Source: a bacterium
GTDB lineage: Bacteria > Cyanobacteriota > Vampirovibrionia > Gastranaerophilales > CAZEDP01
Assembly: GCA_043797105.1 (NCBI GenBank)
Contig: JAZDPZ010000060.1
Coordinates: 7,906 to 71,905, forward strand
Direction of reading: 5' to 3'
Length of the DNA stretch: 64,000 bases
The position numbers and the translations under genes are program-made. Under the pieces are notes generated by a model, which worked only from the letters and a program-made list of their open reading frames with translations, had not been told where the DNA came from and did no database searches. Below, in pieces: positions 35,429-46,007 of the stretch; position 1 is the stretch's first letter, and each line of letters starts with the position of its first letter.

Positions 35429-37147
35429 TTAAGTAAATTTAGAGTATTGATTAATTATAAAATTTGGATCACTTGTATAATTTTCACAATTTAAAGAATT
35501 TAAAAATCTATTTAATAAAATTGGCACAAGTTTTGCCGGTAATCCGCTAAAATCTATTACAAACTCATTAATACCAGTATTTTGGAAATAATTCAAATAT
35601 TTAAACAAATCCAGAATTTGATTTTTAAATAAATGCATTCTGCAGAAACCGTCTACCGCTATAGGGAATAACTCTCCAATAGTTGGATCCAAAATAGCAT
35701 AATTACCATGACGGCATGGAGCAGAACAGGATAAACGTGATAAAATAGCGGAATCATTATTTAATGGACACAAACCTGAACTTGAAATTCTTATATTGCC
35801 TGCTATTGTTAATTTTTTATTTGGTATTTTATCTTTAATTTTATCTATACAAAATTTTATATTGTTAATATCTGTAAAATTACTTAAATCAACGGATAAA
35901 ACAGGATGTTGATTTACAAGAGAAAGAATTGAATCGCTATTTAATAAATTTAACCCTTGCCCAAGTTCAACGGATATTTTTTCAAAGTCTGTATCATTAA
36001 TAATTGTCCACCAATATCCGATATTATTTATGATAATCGAGGATGGATAAGGAAATTTGGTACAAAGCAATTTAACATATTCATATACCCTGTCAAAATC
36101 CCTTTCTATCAAAATTTTTGGCGTGCTTAGCTGTAATTTTATATTGTATTGCAGACAATCTTTTTTTATTTTTTCAAGAATTTTATTAAAACTATATTTT
36201 GATAAATCAAAAGTATTAATAATTTCCCCGTATTCTATAGAATAAACAGGATTAAAAGAAAGAGTTTTAAGATATTTTTTTAAATATTTGAACTGCTCTA
36301 AACTTGTTAATCTTAAACTTAAACGTGGTATTTTAGTTATATCAACTGATTTTTGCTTAAGCCTGACTCCCTTGAATTTCCAGTTAAATTGCTGAATATT
36401 GCCCGTAAATTTAAAATCCTTTCCACTGGAGCTCAAAAATTCTCCTAAAAAATGATTGGATTTATAACAGGAATTTCCAAGATGCTTAAAAGGTAATTTT
36501 TGATCTTTAAAAATTTTTGGATTTTCCAAAATTTTTTCAATTGAGCAAATCCCTTGTATCATCTCTTCTGAATCTTTAAAATCACCTTTTATAATGATTG
36601 TTTCAATAGTTTTTTTTCTAAGAATATCTTCAGCTATCCAGGGTAAATTATTTGTATCAATTGAAAGTTTGAAATTTGTATATTTTTTTATTTTCATAAG
36701 ATTTTTTAAATAAATTTCCTCAGTAATATTTATATTTTCAATAGGATAAAACCAATTAACAAACTCTATGCCGGAGAGATTATGTATATTTAATCCCGAG
36801 TCTATAAATACTTTAAAAGGCAATTTATTTGATTTTATAGACTCTATATGAATATGAGATAATATATTAAAACTATTAATTAATATCCCGCTTACAGGAT
36901 GCTTAATCAAAAAATCCAGAAAATTTTTTATTTTTTCTACTTCAATTTCATTGATAGTGCTTTTAAAATTTATAAAAAATTCGAAATCATATTTTTTAGC
37001 TTCTTCAATGTAATCAAAAATTAAATTATAATTTTTTTCTTCTAAAAAGTAGGAATGATATAAATAAACGCTTTTACACTTGGTTTTTGCCACCAAGTCC
37101 ATATCCTGAATGCAGTTAATAGGCGATAAGATTTTAGGATTTTTCAT
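35429..37147 (-). CDS. Hypothetical protein, distantly U32-peptidase-like
   Basis: 572 aa. The N-terminus follows the U32 TIM-barrel pattern (KILSPINCIQDMDLVAKTKCKSVYLY...EEAKKYDFEFFINF...). SGLCPLNNDSAILS...CSAPCRHGNY resembles a degenerate U32 signature (C-x4-G-x-C-x-[LIVM]-S...C..CR). Confidence 0.35.
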   Translation of the reverse strand: MKNPKILSPINCIQDMDLVAKTKCKSVYLYHSYFLEEKNYNLIFDYIEEAKKYDFEFFINFKSTINEIEVEKIKNFLDFLIKHPVSGILINSFNILSHIHIESIKSNKLPFKVFIDSGLNIHNLSGIEFVNWFYPIENINITEEIYLKNLMKIKKYTNFKLSIDTNNLPWIAEDILRKKTIETIIIKGDFKDSEEMIQGICSIEKILENPKIFKDQKLPFKHLGNSCYKSNHFLGEFLSSSGKDFKFTGNIQQFNWKFKGVRLKQKSVDITKIPRLSLRLTSLEQFKYLKKYLKTLSFNPVYSIEYGEIINTFDLSKYSFNKILEKIKKDCLQYNIKLQLSTPKILIERDFDRVYEYVKLLCTKFPYPSSIIINNIGYWWTIINDTDFEKISVELGQGLNLLNSDSILSLVNQHPVLSVDLSNFTDINNIKFCIDKIKDKIPNKKLTIAGNIRISSSGLCPLNNDSAILSRLSCSAPCRHGNYAILDPTIGELFPIAVDGFCRMHLFKNQILDLFKYLNYFQNTGINEFVIDFSGLPAKLVPILLNRFLNSLNCENYTSDPNFIINQYSKFT

Positions 37148-37216
37148 TTTATAGTCCCAAATTAAATTTTAAGATATATTTTTGGGAATAGATAACTTTT
37201 TCTTTATTATACATAA

Positions 37217-37253
37217 ATTAAAAAACTAAAAACTGATTTTAGTTAAGTATAGA
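37217..37253 (-). repeat. Family E motif, copy E2
   Basis: AATTAAAAAACTAAAAACTGATTTTAGTTAAGTATAG, 70 nt 5' of the minus-strand gene that starts at 37147. Confidence 0.6.
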
Positions 37254-37621
37254 TAAAATTTTAGTAGAATAAAAAAATAAAAAATCCTCATAAATCAGGA
37301 TTTTTAAAATTTAAAAAATAAAAAATTTAATTACCTTAATAAATCACAATTTTTTATTGCAAAATAATATTATTTATGCTAAACTAAGTTATTATTTTAA
37401 TTTAAATCTCGTCGCTAGTTTGTTTTTAAAATAATAAGGAGGTTTGCATCTACAAAATTTATTTATATGTTCATTTCTTATAAATTTATCCTAAAGATAA
37501 ATTAAAATCAAGTTTAAATTTAGTCAAATTTTAGCTAAAAGGAGGTTTAATCAAAAAACATTAAAAATTTGTTTTTAAATTTGGGATTTAGCATGGTTAG
37601 TTAAAAAATGGAGTGAATTTA

Positions 37622-37780
37622 ATGAAAACAGCAGAAAAAAACAGACAAAAATTATCTTCCTCTCAAACAAGAGCAGCAAATGCAAAATATAATTTTGGAA
37701 GATGGAAGATTAATTTAACTACTCTCGAAGATTATCTCCAATATATGGCAGAAGACAATTTGAAATATGAAACCAGTTAA
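37622..37780 (+). CDS. Possible 52-aa small protein
   Basis: MKTAEKNRQKLSSSQTRAANAKYNFGRWKINLTTLEDYLQYMAEDNLKYETS*. GGAG lies 9 nt upstream of the ATG, and a hairpin terminator follows. It is below the track size cutoff. Confidence 0.35.
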   Translation: MKTAEKNRQKLSSSQTRAANAKYNFGRWKINLTTLEDYLQYMAEDNLKYETS

Positions 37781-37815
37781 CTAGCCATTGCTTAAAAATT
37801 AAATAGTTTAAATAT

Positions 37816-37860
37816 AAGAGGCTGACTAAAAAGTAATTTTTATCAGCCTCTTTGCATTTT
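37816..37860 (+). terminator. Hairpin terminator 1 (stem AAGAGGCTGA / TCAGCCTCTT)
   Basis: A 10-bp perfect stem and a 17-nt loop, then TGCATTTT. Confidence 0.55.
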
Positions 37861-37900
37861 AAATTTTAAGATTTTCGTATAATTTTTATGCTATTTAGAA

Positions 37901-37940
37901 AAGAGGCTATCCTTATTTTTTAGGTAGCCTCTTATTTCTC
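37901..37940 (+). terminator. Hairpin terminator 2 (stem AAGAGGCTA / TAGCCTCTT)
   Basis: A 9-bp perfect stem and a 15-nt loop, then ATTTCTC. The stem sequence is nearly the same as in hairpin 1. Confidence 0.45.
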
Positions 37941-38055
37941 AAAATTATGCTATGCATTCTTGCTAAAGAATTTTTTCTCTAAAATTTATTTAAATTTTTT
38001 AATCAATTTATAACAACTTAAGAAGATGTAAGATTTACTTAAATTAAAATTTTTA

Positions 38056-38084
38056 TTTGACCTCCTTTCTTGTAACTTATAAAT
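38056..38084 (+). promoter_or_regulatory. Candidate sigma-70-type promoter (TTGACC-N17-TAAATA) upstream of tig
   Basis: Read from the sequence, about 170 nt upstream of the tig ATG. The AT-rich context makes chance matches likely. Confidence 0.25.
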
Positions 38085-38256
38085 ATATAAAAACATGAGA
38101 TTTTAAATAATTGCTATATTTTTCTAAAAATATAAAAAATTTATATATTTTATTAAGCTGTATTTCAATATAAAGTTTTAATTTATAATGTTTCAAGTAT
38201 AATATTTAATATAAAGCATAAAAAAGTTGGATTAAGAAAAAACGAAAAGAGAGAAA

Positions 38257-39594
38257 ATGAAAGTAAGTGTAGAAAAACAAGATAACAATGTATTTCAGCT
38301 TGATATTGAAATTGATGCGGAAATTGCTTCGCAAGAATATAATAAAGCTTGCAGAAAAATAGGTGAAAGAATTGTAGTCCCTGGTTTTAGAAAAGGTAAA
38401 GCTCCAAGATCAATGATTGAAAAACATTTTGGAATTAGCAAAATCCAAAAAGAAGCTTTAGATAGACTTTTACCTAATATTTTAGCTGATACCATCAGTG
38501 AGCATCAGCTTGATCTAGCTTCAGAACCAATAATAGAAAAATATAATTTTGAATTGGGAGAACCCCTTAAGCTTACAGCTAAACTGGAAGTTAAGCCCGA
38601 AGTAACACTTAATGGCTATAAAGGACTTATAGTAGAAGTTCCTGAATTTAAACATCCGGAAAATGCTATGGAACAAGAGCTGAAAAATCTTACAGAAAGA
38701 TTTGCGACTCTTGAACCTATAATTAACAGACCAATAAAAGAAAGCGATATTGTTATTATTGATTATGCCGGAACTGTTAATGGAGAGTTGATTAAAGGCG
38801 GTTCAGCAAAAAATCATCAGTTGAACATATCTAATAATAACTTTATAAAAGGTTTTTCCGAACAATTAGTGGGCAAAAATCTTGGGGAAGACTTTATGAT
38901 TAAAGTAACTTTCCCGTCAAATTATTTTGACTCGGCTCTGGCAGGAAAAGAAGCCTGTTTTCAGATAAAAATAAATGAAATTAAAGAAAAAATAGTTCCG
39001 GAAATCAATGATGAATTAGCTCAAAGAGTCGGGGCTTTTCAGACTATTGAAGAATTAAAAGCTGATTTAGTTTCATATCTTAAAAAAACAAAAGAAATTG
39101 AAAATAAAGTTAGAACTGAAAAAGCTGTATTAAATAAGACAATTGACAAAGCTTCGGTGGATATTCCTGATTCTATGATAAATAAAGAAGCTAAGGTTCT
39201 TCTTGAAGAAGTCCAAGCCAAGCTTAAAAGTCAGGGAGTATCCTGGGAACAAGTTTTGGATAGTCAAGGGCATGAAAATATATGGAATAGCTTGAGAGAA
39301 GAAGCTGCTAAAAGAGTAAAAAGCAGTTTGGTGCTGGGCACAATTGCAAAAATAGAGAATATTCAATTAGCGGATGAAGATTTTATAAATCAGGCAAGAG
39401 AGTTTGCTACTATATATAATACTGATGAAAAATCAGTTTTTAGACAAATCTCTCAAACCCCTGGATTAGCTCAATCTCTTTCTCAACAAATTATGAGTCA
39501 AAAAATAATTCAATTTCTTTTAGAAAATAATGAGGTAAAATATATTGAGGACTCTTCAGAATATGTTGAAGAAATACCTGAAAGTGAATTTTAA
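38257..39594 (+). CDS. tig: Trigger factor
   Basis: 445 aa: ...VPGFRKGKAPRSMIEKHFG... Confidence 0.93.
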   Translation: MKVSVEKQDNNVFQLDIEIDAEIASQEYNKACRKIGERIVVPGFRKGKAPRSMIEKHFGISKIQKEALDRLLPNILADTISEHQLDLASEPIIEKYNFELGEPLKLTAKLEVKPEVTLNGYKGLIVEVPEFKHPENAMEQELKNLTERFATLEPIINRPIKESDIVIIDYAGTVNGELIKGGSAKNHQLNISNNNFIKGFSEQLVGKNLGEDFMIKVTFPSNYFDSALAGKEACFQIKINEIKEKIVPEINDELAQRVGAFQTIEELKADLVSYLKKTKEIENKVRTEKAVLNKTIDKASVDIPDSMINKEAKVLLEEVQAKLKSQGVSWEQVLDSQGHENIWNSLREEAAKRVKSSLVLGTIAKIENIQLADEDFINQAREFATIYNTDEKSVFRQISQTPGLAQSLSQQIMSQKIIQFLLENNEVKYIEDSSEYVEEIPESEF

Positions 39595-39621
39595 TTAAAA
39601 TTATTGGAAAGGAAATAATTT

Positions 39622-40233
39622 ATGGGATTTGTACCTGTTGTAATAGAACAATCAAGTCGTGGAGAAAGATCTTTTGATATTTTTTCAAGATTGCTAAGAG
39701 AAAGAATTATTTTTCTCGGCACTCCAATTGATGATATGATAGCAAACCTGATTGTAGCTCAATTACTTTTGTTGGATTCAGAAAATCCTGAAAAAGATAT
39801 TATGTTATATATTCATTGTCCTGGTGGCAGTGTTACAGCAGGATTGGCTATTTATGACACAATGCAGCATATAAGAGCAGATATAAGCACTATTTGTCTT
39901 GGACAAGCCGCAAGTATGGGAGCTTTTTTGCTGTCAGCAGGCACTCCTGGTAAACGTATGGCTTTGCCTCACTCAAGGATTCTTATACATCAGCCTTTGG
40001 GAGGAGCGCAGGGACAGGCTACTGATATTGAAATTCAGGCAGCAGAAATTAACAGAATTAAACGTATGCTGAATGAACTTCTTGCAAAACATACCGGACA
40101 ATCATACAAAAAAATTGAGAAAGATACAGACAGAGATTATATTATGTCTCCACAGGAAGCCCTTGACTATGGAATGGTTGATAAAATTATTACCAAAATT
40201 GAAAGAGATAAAGAAACTTCGGAAAAAAATTAG
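39622..40233 (+). CDS. clpP: ATP-dependent Clp protease proteolytic subunit
   Basis: 203 aa: ...[20 protein letters not shown]...[11 protein letters not shown]...HQPLGG... Confidence 0.95.
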   Translation: MGFVPVVIEQSSRGERSFDIFSRLLRERIIFLGTPIDDMIANLIVAQLLLLDSENPEKDIMLYIHCPGGSVTAGLAIYDTMQHIRADISTICLGQAASMGAFLLSAGTPGKRMALPHSRILIHQPLGGAQGQATDIEIQAAEINRIKRMLNELLAKHTGQSYKKIEKDTDRDYIMSPQEALDYGMVDKIITKIERDKETSEKN

Positions 40234-40250
40234 CTACTTAGGAGAAATTT

Positions 40251-41516
40251 ATGCCTAAACACCGTAACCATGATGATAGCCGACTACAATGTTCATTTTG
40301 TGGCAAAATTCAGGATCAGGTCAAAAAATTAATTGCCGGTCCGGAAGTTTATATTTGTGATGAATGTGTTGATCTTTGCAATGAAATTTTAGATGAGGAA
40401 TTTCTTGAATCTGAAGGAGAATTTGAATCCGATGTTCCGGAAATAATGAAAGTGCCAAAGCCTTGTGAAATTAAAGATTATCTGGATCAATACATAGTAG
40501 GACAGGATGAAGCTAAAAAATTTCTATCTGTAGCGGTTTATAATCATTATAAGAGGGTTAATCATAATGCAATGATTTTAAATAATGAATCCTCGCAAGA
40601 TATAGAAATTCAAAAAAGTAATATTCTTCTGGTAGGACCAACAGGCAGTGGAAAAACTCTTTTAGCATATACTCTTGCAAAATTGCTTGATGTTCCGTTT
40701 GCGGTTGCTGATGCTACAACGCTTACAGAAGCCGGTTATGTCGGTGATGATGTCGAAAATATACTTGTTAAGCTTTATCAAAACGCTGATTATGATGCCG
40801 TAAGAGCTGAAAGAGGAATTATATATATAGATGAAATAGATAAAATTGCCAGGAAATCAGAACATCCGAGTTTAACAAGAGATGTAAGCGGAGAAGGCGT
40901 TCAACAGGCTTTATTAAAAATGATAGAGGGAACAACCGCTAATGTTCCGCCTCAAGGTGGCAGAAAACATCCTCATCAGGAATATGTCCAAATTGATACA
41001 AGCAATATTTTATTTGTAGTGGGCGGAGCATTTATAGGTCTTGAAAAAATTGTAGAAAGCAGAGCCGGTTCCGGTAAGCTTGTCGGGTTTGGAGCTACTG
41101 GAGCAAAAACTTCTTATGAAAGAGAAATACAGGCAGTCAAAATGCTAAAAAATTTAATTCCTGAAGATTTACTTAAGTTTGGCTTAATTCCTGAATTTAT
41201 TGGAAGAATCCCTGTTTATGCGGTTTTGGATCCATTAGATGAAAATGCTCTTATTAAAATACTTACAGAACCTAAAAATGCTGTTATTAAACAATATCAA
41301 CAGTTATTGGCAATAGACGGCGTTAAACTCGAATTTGATCCGGAAGCAGTAAGATTAATCGCTTTTGAAGCAATGAAAAGAAAAACAGGAGCAAGAGCTT
41401 TAAGATCTATACTGGAAGAACTGATGATTGACTTAATGTATGAAGTTCCGTCAAGAACAGATGTTAAGACTGTTAAAATTACGCCTGACATGGTAAAAAA
41501 AAGAAGTCATCCTTGA
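40251..41516 (+). CDS. clpX: ATP-dependent Clp protease ATP-binding subunit ClpX
   Basis: 421 aa with the zinc finger CSFCGK...CDECV and the Walker A motif GPTGSGKT. Confidence 0.95.
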   Translation: MPKHRNHDDSRLQCSFCGKIQDQVKKLIAGPEVYICDECVDLCNEILDEEFLESEGEFESDVPEIMKVPKPCEIKDYLDQYIVGQDEAKKFLSVAVYNHYKRVNHNAMILNNESSQDIEIQKSNILLVGPTGSGKTLLAYTLAKLLDVPFAVADATTLTEAGYVGDDVENILVKLYQNADYDAVRAERGIIYIDEIDKIARKSEHPSLTRDVSGEGVQQALLKMIEGTTANVPPQGGRKHPHQEYVQIDTSNILFVVGGAFIGLEKIVESRAGSGKLVGFGATGAKTSYEREIQAVKMLKNLIPEDLLKFGLIPEFIGRIPVYAVLDPLDENALIKILTEPKNAVIKQYQQLLAIDGVKLEFDPEAVRLIAFEAMKRKTGARALRSILEELMIDLMYEVPSRTDVKTVKITPDMVKKRSHP

Positions 41517-41611
41517 AGGAGCTAAGAGTTCTACCCACTCCAAACCAAAGAACAGCAAAAAATCAAAAAGCAAAACAAAACAATAATTAAGTATTATTAA
41601 AGATAGTTAAT

Positions 41612-41639
41612 AAAGACGAAGATAAGTTTCTTCGTCTTT
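41612..41639 (+). terminator. Rho-independent terminator after clpX
   Basis: The stem is AAAGACGAAG / CTTCGTCTTT with an 8-nt loop. The 3' arm is T-rich. Confidence 0.65.
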
Positions 41640-41675
41640 GTAATAAAATTTATTTAAGTGATATAAAATAGTATA

Positions 41676-44078
41676 GTGAAAAATATGAATATGTCTGAAA
41701 AATTAATTCCTGTATTACCAATGAGAGATATAATAATTTATCCTCAAATGGTAGCTCCTATATTTGTTACAAGGTCTCAGTCAACTGTTGCTGTTGAAAA
41801 TGCTTTAATGACTGACGATCATGAGGTTATTTTACTCGCGCAAAAAACACCCTCTACTGAAACACCTGATATTAATAAAGACTTTTATGATATTGGAATT
41901 TTAGGCAAAGTTGTCCAAATTTTAAAATTTCCTGATGGTTCTATAAAAGCTTTAATAGAAGGCTTAAATAGGATAAAAATCTCTAATATTCAGCGAAAAG
42001 ACAGTCTTATTCAATCACAATATGAAATTTTAGAAGATATTGACATTGAAAGAGGAGATACAAAAGCATTATTAAGACTTTCTATGGAAAAATTTCAGCA
42101 ATATATTCAAAAAAGCACAAAAATTAATGCTGAAAATTTTATCTCTATATCTGAAATACAAGAATCGGGTAAATTAGCTGATATTATGGCTACCTATCTT
42201 TCTGTTGACATAAATGAAAAACAACAGTTACTCCAAACTTTGGATACTTATGAAAGACTTGAACTGGTAAGCAAAGTTCTTTCAAGAGAAATTGAAATGC
42301 TTGGCATTGAAGAAGCTATTCAGGAAAAAGTTAGATATAAGCTTGGAAAATCTCAAAAAGAATATCTTTTGAGAGAAAAACTACGTGTTATTAAGGAAGA
42401 ACTCGGCTCTGGTGAAGGTATTGATGAAATTGATGAATACAGAGAGTTGATAAAAAAAACCCCGGTACCTAAAAAAATAAAGGAACAGCTTAATAAGGAG
42501 CTTAACAGGCTTGAAAAAATGCCGGTATATACTGCCGAGACTTCTGTAATCAGAACTTATATAGATACAGTGATTGGTTTACCCTGGTGTAAAAAAACAA
42601 AAGATATTCTTGATATTAAAAGAGCAAAGGAAATTCTTGATGAAGATCATTATGGGCTTGAAGATGCAAAGGAAAGGATTCTTGAATTTCTTGCAGTGAA
42701 AAAACTTTCCAAGCAACCGCAAGCAACAATTATATGTTTTACAGGACCTCCAGGTGTCGGGAAAACCTCTTTAGCCAGGTCTGTTGCAAGAAGCCTGAAC
42801 AGAAGTTTTGCTCAGGTAAGCCTGGGTGGTATTAACGATGAATCAGAAATCAGAGGACACAGAAGAACATATATAGGAGCCATGCCGGGCAGAATAATAA
42901 GAGCCATTCAGGATGCTGGAACCAGAAATCCAATTATTTTACTCGATGAAATAGAAAAAATGGTTCCAAGCCACATGGGAGATCCTAATGCTGCAATGCT
43001 TGAAGTGCTTGATCCTGCTCAAAATTCACACTTTAGAGATCATTATATAGATATGGCTTTTGATTTATCAGATATATTCTTTATTGCAACAGCTAACACT
43101 GCTGAATATATTTACAAACCTTTAAAAGACAGGCTTGAAACTATAGCGCTTACAGGATATACAGAAGAAGAAAAAGTTAATATAGCGGAAAAATTTTTAA
43201 TGCTTCGTCAATTTAAAGCAAATGGAATGGATCCTGAAAAATTAAAAATCACAGATTCAGCAATAAGAGAAATAATAAATAAATATACCAGAGAAGCAGG
43301 TGTTAGGGAGCTGGAAAGAAGCATATCCAAAATATGCAGAAAAATAGCAGTTGAAATAATTTCAAATCCTGACAAAGAATTTTGCGTTGATGCTGAAAAC
43401 ATCCATAAATACCTTGGCACACCGAAATTTGTAAGGGAAGAAGCAGTAAAAGAACCACAGATAGGGCTTGTGCATGGACTTGCATGGACTGAATTCGGCG
43501 GTGAGATGCTGGAAATTGAAGCCAGTATAATGCCGGGAAAGGGCAAACTGAATTTAACGGGCAGATTAGGCGAAATTATGCAGGAATCAGCTAAAACAGC
43601 TTTTAGTTTTGCGCGCAGCAACTATGAAAACTTAAATTTACCGCATGATATTCAGGAAAAATATGATGTTCATATACATGCTGCTGACGGAGCCACACCA
43701 AAAGATGGTCCCAGCGCAGGTATTGCATTAACACTTGCTTTAATAAGCGCTCTTACCAAACGTCCCATAAAAGCAGATATAGCCATGACAGGAGAAATTA
43801 CCTTAAGAGGAAGAGTTTTACCAATAGGCGGCTTAAAGGAAAAATGTATTGCAGCTTTAAGAAATAATATCCATACAGTTATAATTCCAAAAGCAAATGA
43901 AAAGGATATTCCTGATCTACCGGATTATATAAGAGAGAAAATTAAATTTAAAACAGTAAATAATTTTATGGAAGTTCTTGATATTGCTCTTTTAGAAGCG
44001 CCAGAACAGTATAATCATCAGCAAAACGGTGTTAATAAAGATATTGAAAAAATAATTATTCCAGATGAACAACGATAA
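41676..44078 (+). CDS. lon: Lon protease (LonA)
   Basis: 800 aa with an N-terminal LON domain, the Walker A motif GPPGVGKTS and the catalytic segment ...DGPSAGIA... The track start is GTG, and ATG alternatives lie 3 and 5 codons downstream. Confidence 0.95.
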   Translation: MKNMNMSEKLIPVLPMRDIIIYPQMVAPIFVTRSQSTVAVENALMTDDHEVILLAQKTPSTETPDINKDFYDIGILGKVVQILKFPDGSIKALIEGLNRIKISNIQRKDSLIQSQYEILEDIDIERGDTKALLRLSMEKFQQYIQKSTKINAENFISISEIQESGKLADIMATYLSVDINEKQQLLQTLDTYERLELVSKVLSREIEMLGIEEAIQEKVRYKLGKSQKEYLLREKLRVIKEELGSGEGIDEIDEYRELIKKTPVPKKIKEQLNKELNRLEKMPVYTAETSVIRTYIDTVIGLPWCKKTKDILDIKRAKEILDEDHYGLEDAKERILEFLAVKKLSKQPQATIICFTGPPGVGKTSLARSVARSLNRSFAQVSLGGINDESEIRGHRRTYIGAMPGRIIRAIQDAGTRNPIILLDEIEKMVPSHMGDPNAAMLEVLDPAQNSHFRDHYIDMAFDLSDIFFIATANTAEYIYKPLKDRLETIALTGYTEEEKVNIAEKFLMLRQFKANGMDPEKLKITDSAIREIINKYTREAGVRELERSISKICRKIAVEIISNPDKEFCVDAENIHKYLGTPKFVREEAVKEPQIGLVHGLAWTEFGGEMLEIEASIMPGKGKLNLTGRLGEIMQESAKTAFSFARSNYENLNLPHDIQEKYDVHIHAADGATPKDGPSAGIALTLALISALTKRPIKADIAMTGEITLRGRVLPIGGLKEKCIAALRNNIHTVIIPKANEKDIPDLPDYIREKIKFKTVNNFMEVLDIALLEAPEQYNHQQNGVNKDIEKIIIPDEQR

Positions 44079-44799
44079 AAGAATTGAAAATGAAATAATA
44101 CATGGAAAATTAATAGCTGATAAAGGTGAACAAATATGGAACTGGTCATCTCCGGCAGGTAAAATTCGCTGGAAGAGAAGAGTTGATATGTTTATAAAAT
44201 TTTTGGGCAATGATAATAGGAAAATACTTGAAATAGGTTGCGGCACAGGTCTTTTTACTGAGGAAATAGCAAAAACCAACAATAAATTAACAAGCATTGA
44301 TATATCAAGCGAACTTATTGAATTAGCTAAACAAAGAGTTTGTTCCGTCAATGTAATTTTTATGTTGGAAAATGCTTATAATACCAACTTTATAGAAGAT
44401 TCCTTTGATTTTATTATAGGCAGTTCGGTTCTTCATCATCTGGATATAGATTTAGCTTTAAAAGAGTTTTACAGACTTTTAAAGCCAGGCGGTAAAATTA
44501 TGTTTACAGAGCCAAATATGTTGAATCCTCAAATATCTTTACAAAAAAATATAAATTTTATCAAAAAAATAACCGGAGACTCGCCTGATGAAACAGCTTT
44601 CTTTAAAAAAGACATAAAGAAAAAATTTGTTTTATATGGCTTTAAAAATATTTATGTTGAGCCGTTTGATTTTTTACATCCGGCAATACCGGCTTTTTTA
44701 ATTCCTTTTATGAAAAAAATTACTGTTTCTCTTGAAAAAATTCCTGTAATAAGAGAAATTGCAGGTTCTTTAGTTATTCAAGCAGCTAAGGGTGCCTAA
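44065..44799 (+). CDS. Class I SAM-dependent methyltransferase
   Basis: 244 aa with motif I ILEIGCGTGLFT and ...LKPGGKIMFTEPN... It overlaps the lon 3' end by 14 nt. Confidence 0.8.
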   Translation: MNNDKRIENEIIHGKLIADKGEQIWNWSSPAGKIRWKRRVDMFIKFLGNDNRKILEIGCGTGLFTEEIAKTNNKLTSIDISSELIELAKQRVCSVNVIFMLENAYNTNFIEDSFDFIIGSSVLHHLDIDLALKEFYRLLKPGGKIMFTEPNMLNPQISLQKNINFIKKITGDSPDETAFFKKDIKKKFVLYGFKNIYVEPFDFLHPAIPAFLIPFMKKITVSLEKIPVIREIAGSLVIQAAKGA

Positions 44800-44831
44800 G
44801 GGACACATTCATAGGCTTTCCAATCATTCCT

Positions 44832-44851
44832 AAAATTTATTGTTACCTATT
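44832..44851 (+). repeat. Family C right-end fragment
   Basis: AAAATTTATTGTTACCTATT compares with AAATTTATTGTTACCCA at 2388..2404 and 13577..13593. It touches the ADH stop codon. Confidence 0.45.
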
Positions 44852-46007
44852 AACAATTACAGGATTTACAAGCGCATGATTTTTTATTGTAAGCATACAA
44901 AGATTCACGATATATGATTTCTATAGTATTTTTATCGATTGACATAGGCGCTAAGCTTAATAACAAATCAAGTGAAGGTGTTTCCATTGCTAATTTAGTT
45001 AATTTTTCAATATCTGTTTCAGAAAATCCTTCATTTGTCAGCTTGGAAGTAATTCCTGTGTTAAATAACCATTTTTCCATACTTTTTGCCGCTATTTCCG
45101 CTTCATCAGGAGTTCCTTTTAAGTCAGGAATTATAGGGGCAAGAATATCAGCCAAAACTTGAGGTGTAACAGGATAAATTTGTTTTATTACAGATGGAAG
45201 AATCATGGCTAGACCAAGTCCATGCGCTAAATTTGGTTTTACACCGCTTAATGGATGTTCAAGGGCATGGGTTAAATGCAGAAGTCCATTATCAAAAGCT
45301 ATTCCTGAAATTAATGAAGCATAAAGCAAAAAATATCTGGCTGTTAAATCTTCCGGATTTCTTTTAACTGCCGGCAGATATTTAACAATAAGTCTTATTG
45401 TTTCTTTAGCAAGCAATATTGAAAAAGGACTCGTTACTTTGGTAGTTGCAGCTTCTATAACGTGATTTAAAGCGTCAATTGTAACATATAAAGTTTGATC
45501 CGCAGGTAATTTTGTCATTAAAGACGGATCATCAATTGAATAAAGCGGATAAATACAATCATAAGCAATAGCCGGTTTAAATTCTTTTTCAGGAATACTT
45601 ACAACAGCAAATCTATCAACTTCTGTTCCTGTTCCATGAGTTAAGTTTATTGTAATTATAGGAATTGCTTTAGTTGGAATAAATTTATGTTCATATAAAT
45701 TCTTTGCTGTTTTATCAGGATATTCAACTAAAATAGCTGTGCTTTTAGCCGTATCTATCGGGCTTCCGCCACCAATAGAAAGAACAGCTTTAACGCCAAA
45801 TTCCAATCCAAGCTTTGTAGCTTCATCAACTTGGTCTATTGTAGGATTTGGAGTTACTTTGTCATAAATAATCCACTCTATAGCATTATTTTTAAAGGCT
45901 TTTTCTACGTAATCCCAGGCACCGGTTATTTTATAGGAACTTTTGCCTGTTATAACAATAACTTTGTCAATATTTTTGTTTTTAAGTTCTAAAGCTATAT
46001 CATTCTC
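44850..46007 (-). CDS. Iron-containing (group III) alcohol dehydrogenase; the 5' end appears frameshifted
   Basis: The frame is open from 46007 to 44850 (385 codons): ...KVIVITGKSS...LSIGGGSPIDTAK...HGLGLAM... The first ATG/GTG/TTG in this frame is the TTG at 45806. A 24-codon ORF in another frame (46074..46000, MWESTININEIKEIRAKTTVYLGE*) supplies the expected N-terminus. Confidence 0.8.
   Translation of the reverse strand, partial: ENDIALELKNKNIDKVIVITGKSSYKITGAWDYVEKAFKNNAIEWIIYDKVTPNPTIDQVDEATKLGLEFGVKAVLSIGGGSPIDTAKSTAILVEYPDKTAKNLYEHKFIPTKAIPIITINLTHGTGTEVDRFAVVSIPEKEFKPAIAYDCIYPLYSIDDPSLMTKLPADQTLYVTIDALNHVIEAATTKVTSPFSILLAKETIRLIVKYLPAVKRNPEDLTARYFLLYASLISGIAFDNGLLHLTHALEHPLSGVKPNLAHGLGLAMILPSVIKQIYPVTPQVLADILAPIIPDLKGTPDEAEIAAKSMEKWLFNTGITSKLTNEGFSETDIEKLTKLAMETPSLDLLLSLAPMSIDKNTIEIIYRESLYAYNKKSCACKSCNC

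Noticed and set aside
46000-46002. TGA read as Trp (genetic code 4) to rescue the ADH N-terminus
   Set aside because: Reading through this TGA runs into TAA five codons later in that frame. TGA is also used as a genuine stop elsewhere, for example at the aroK end (16632-16634).
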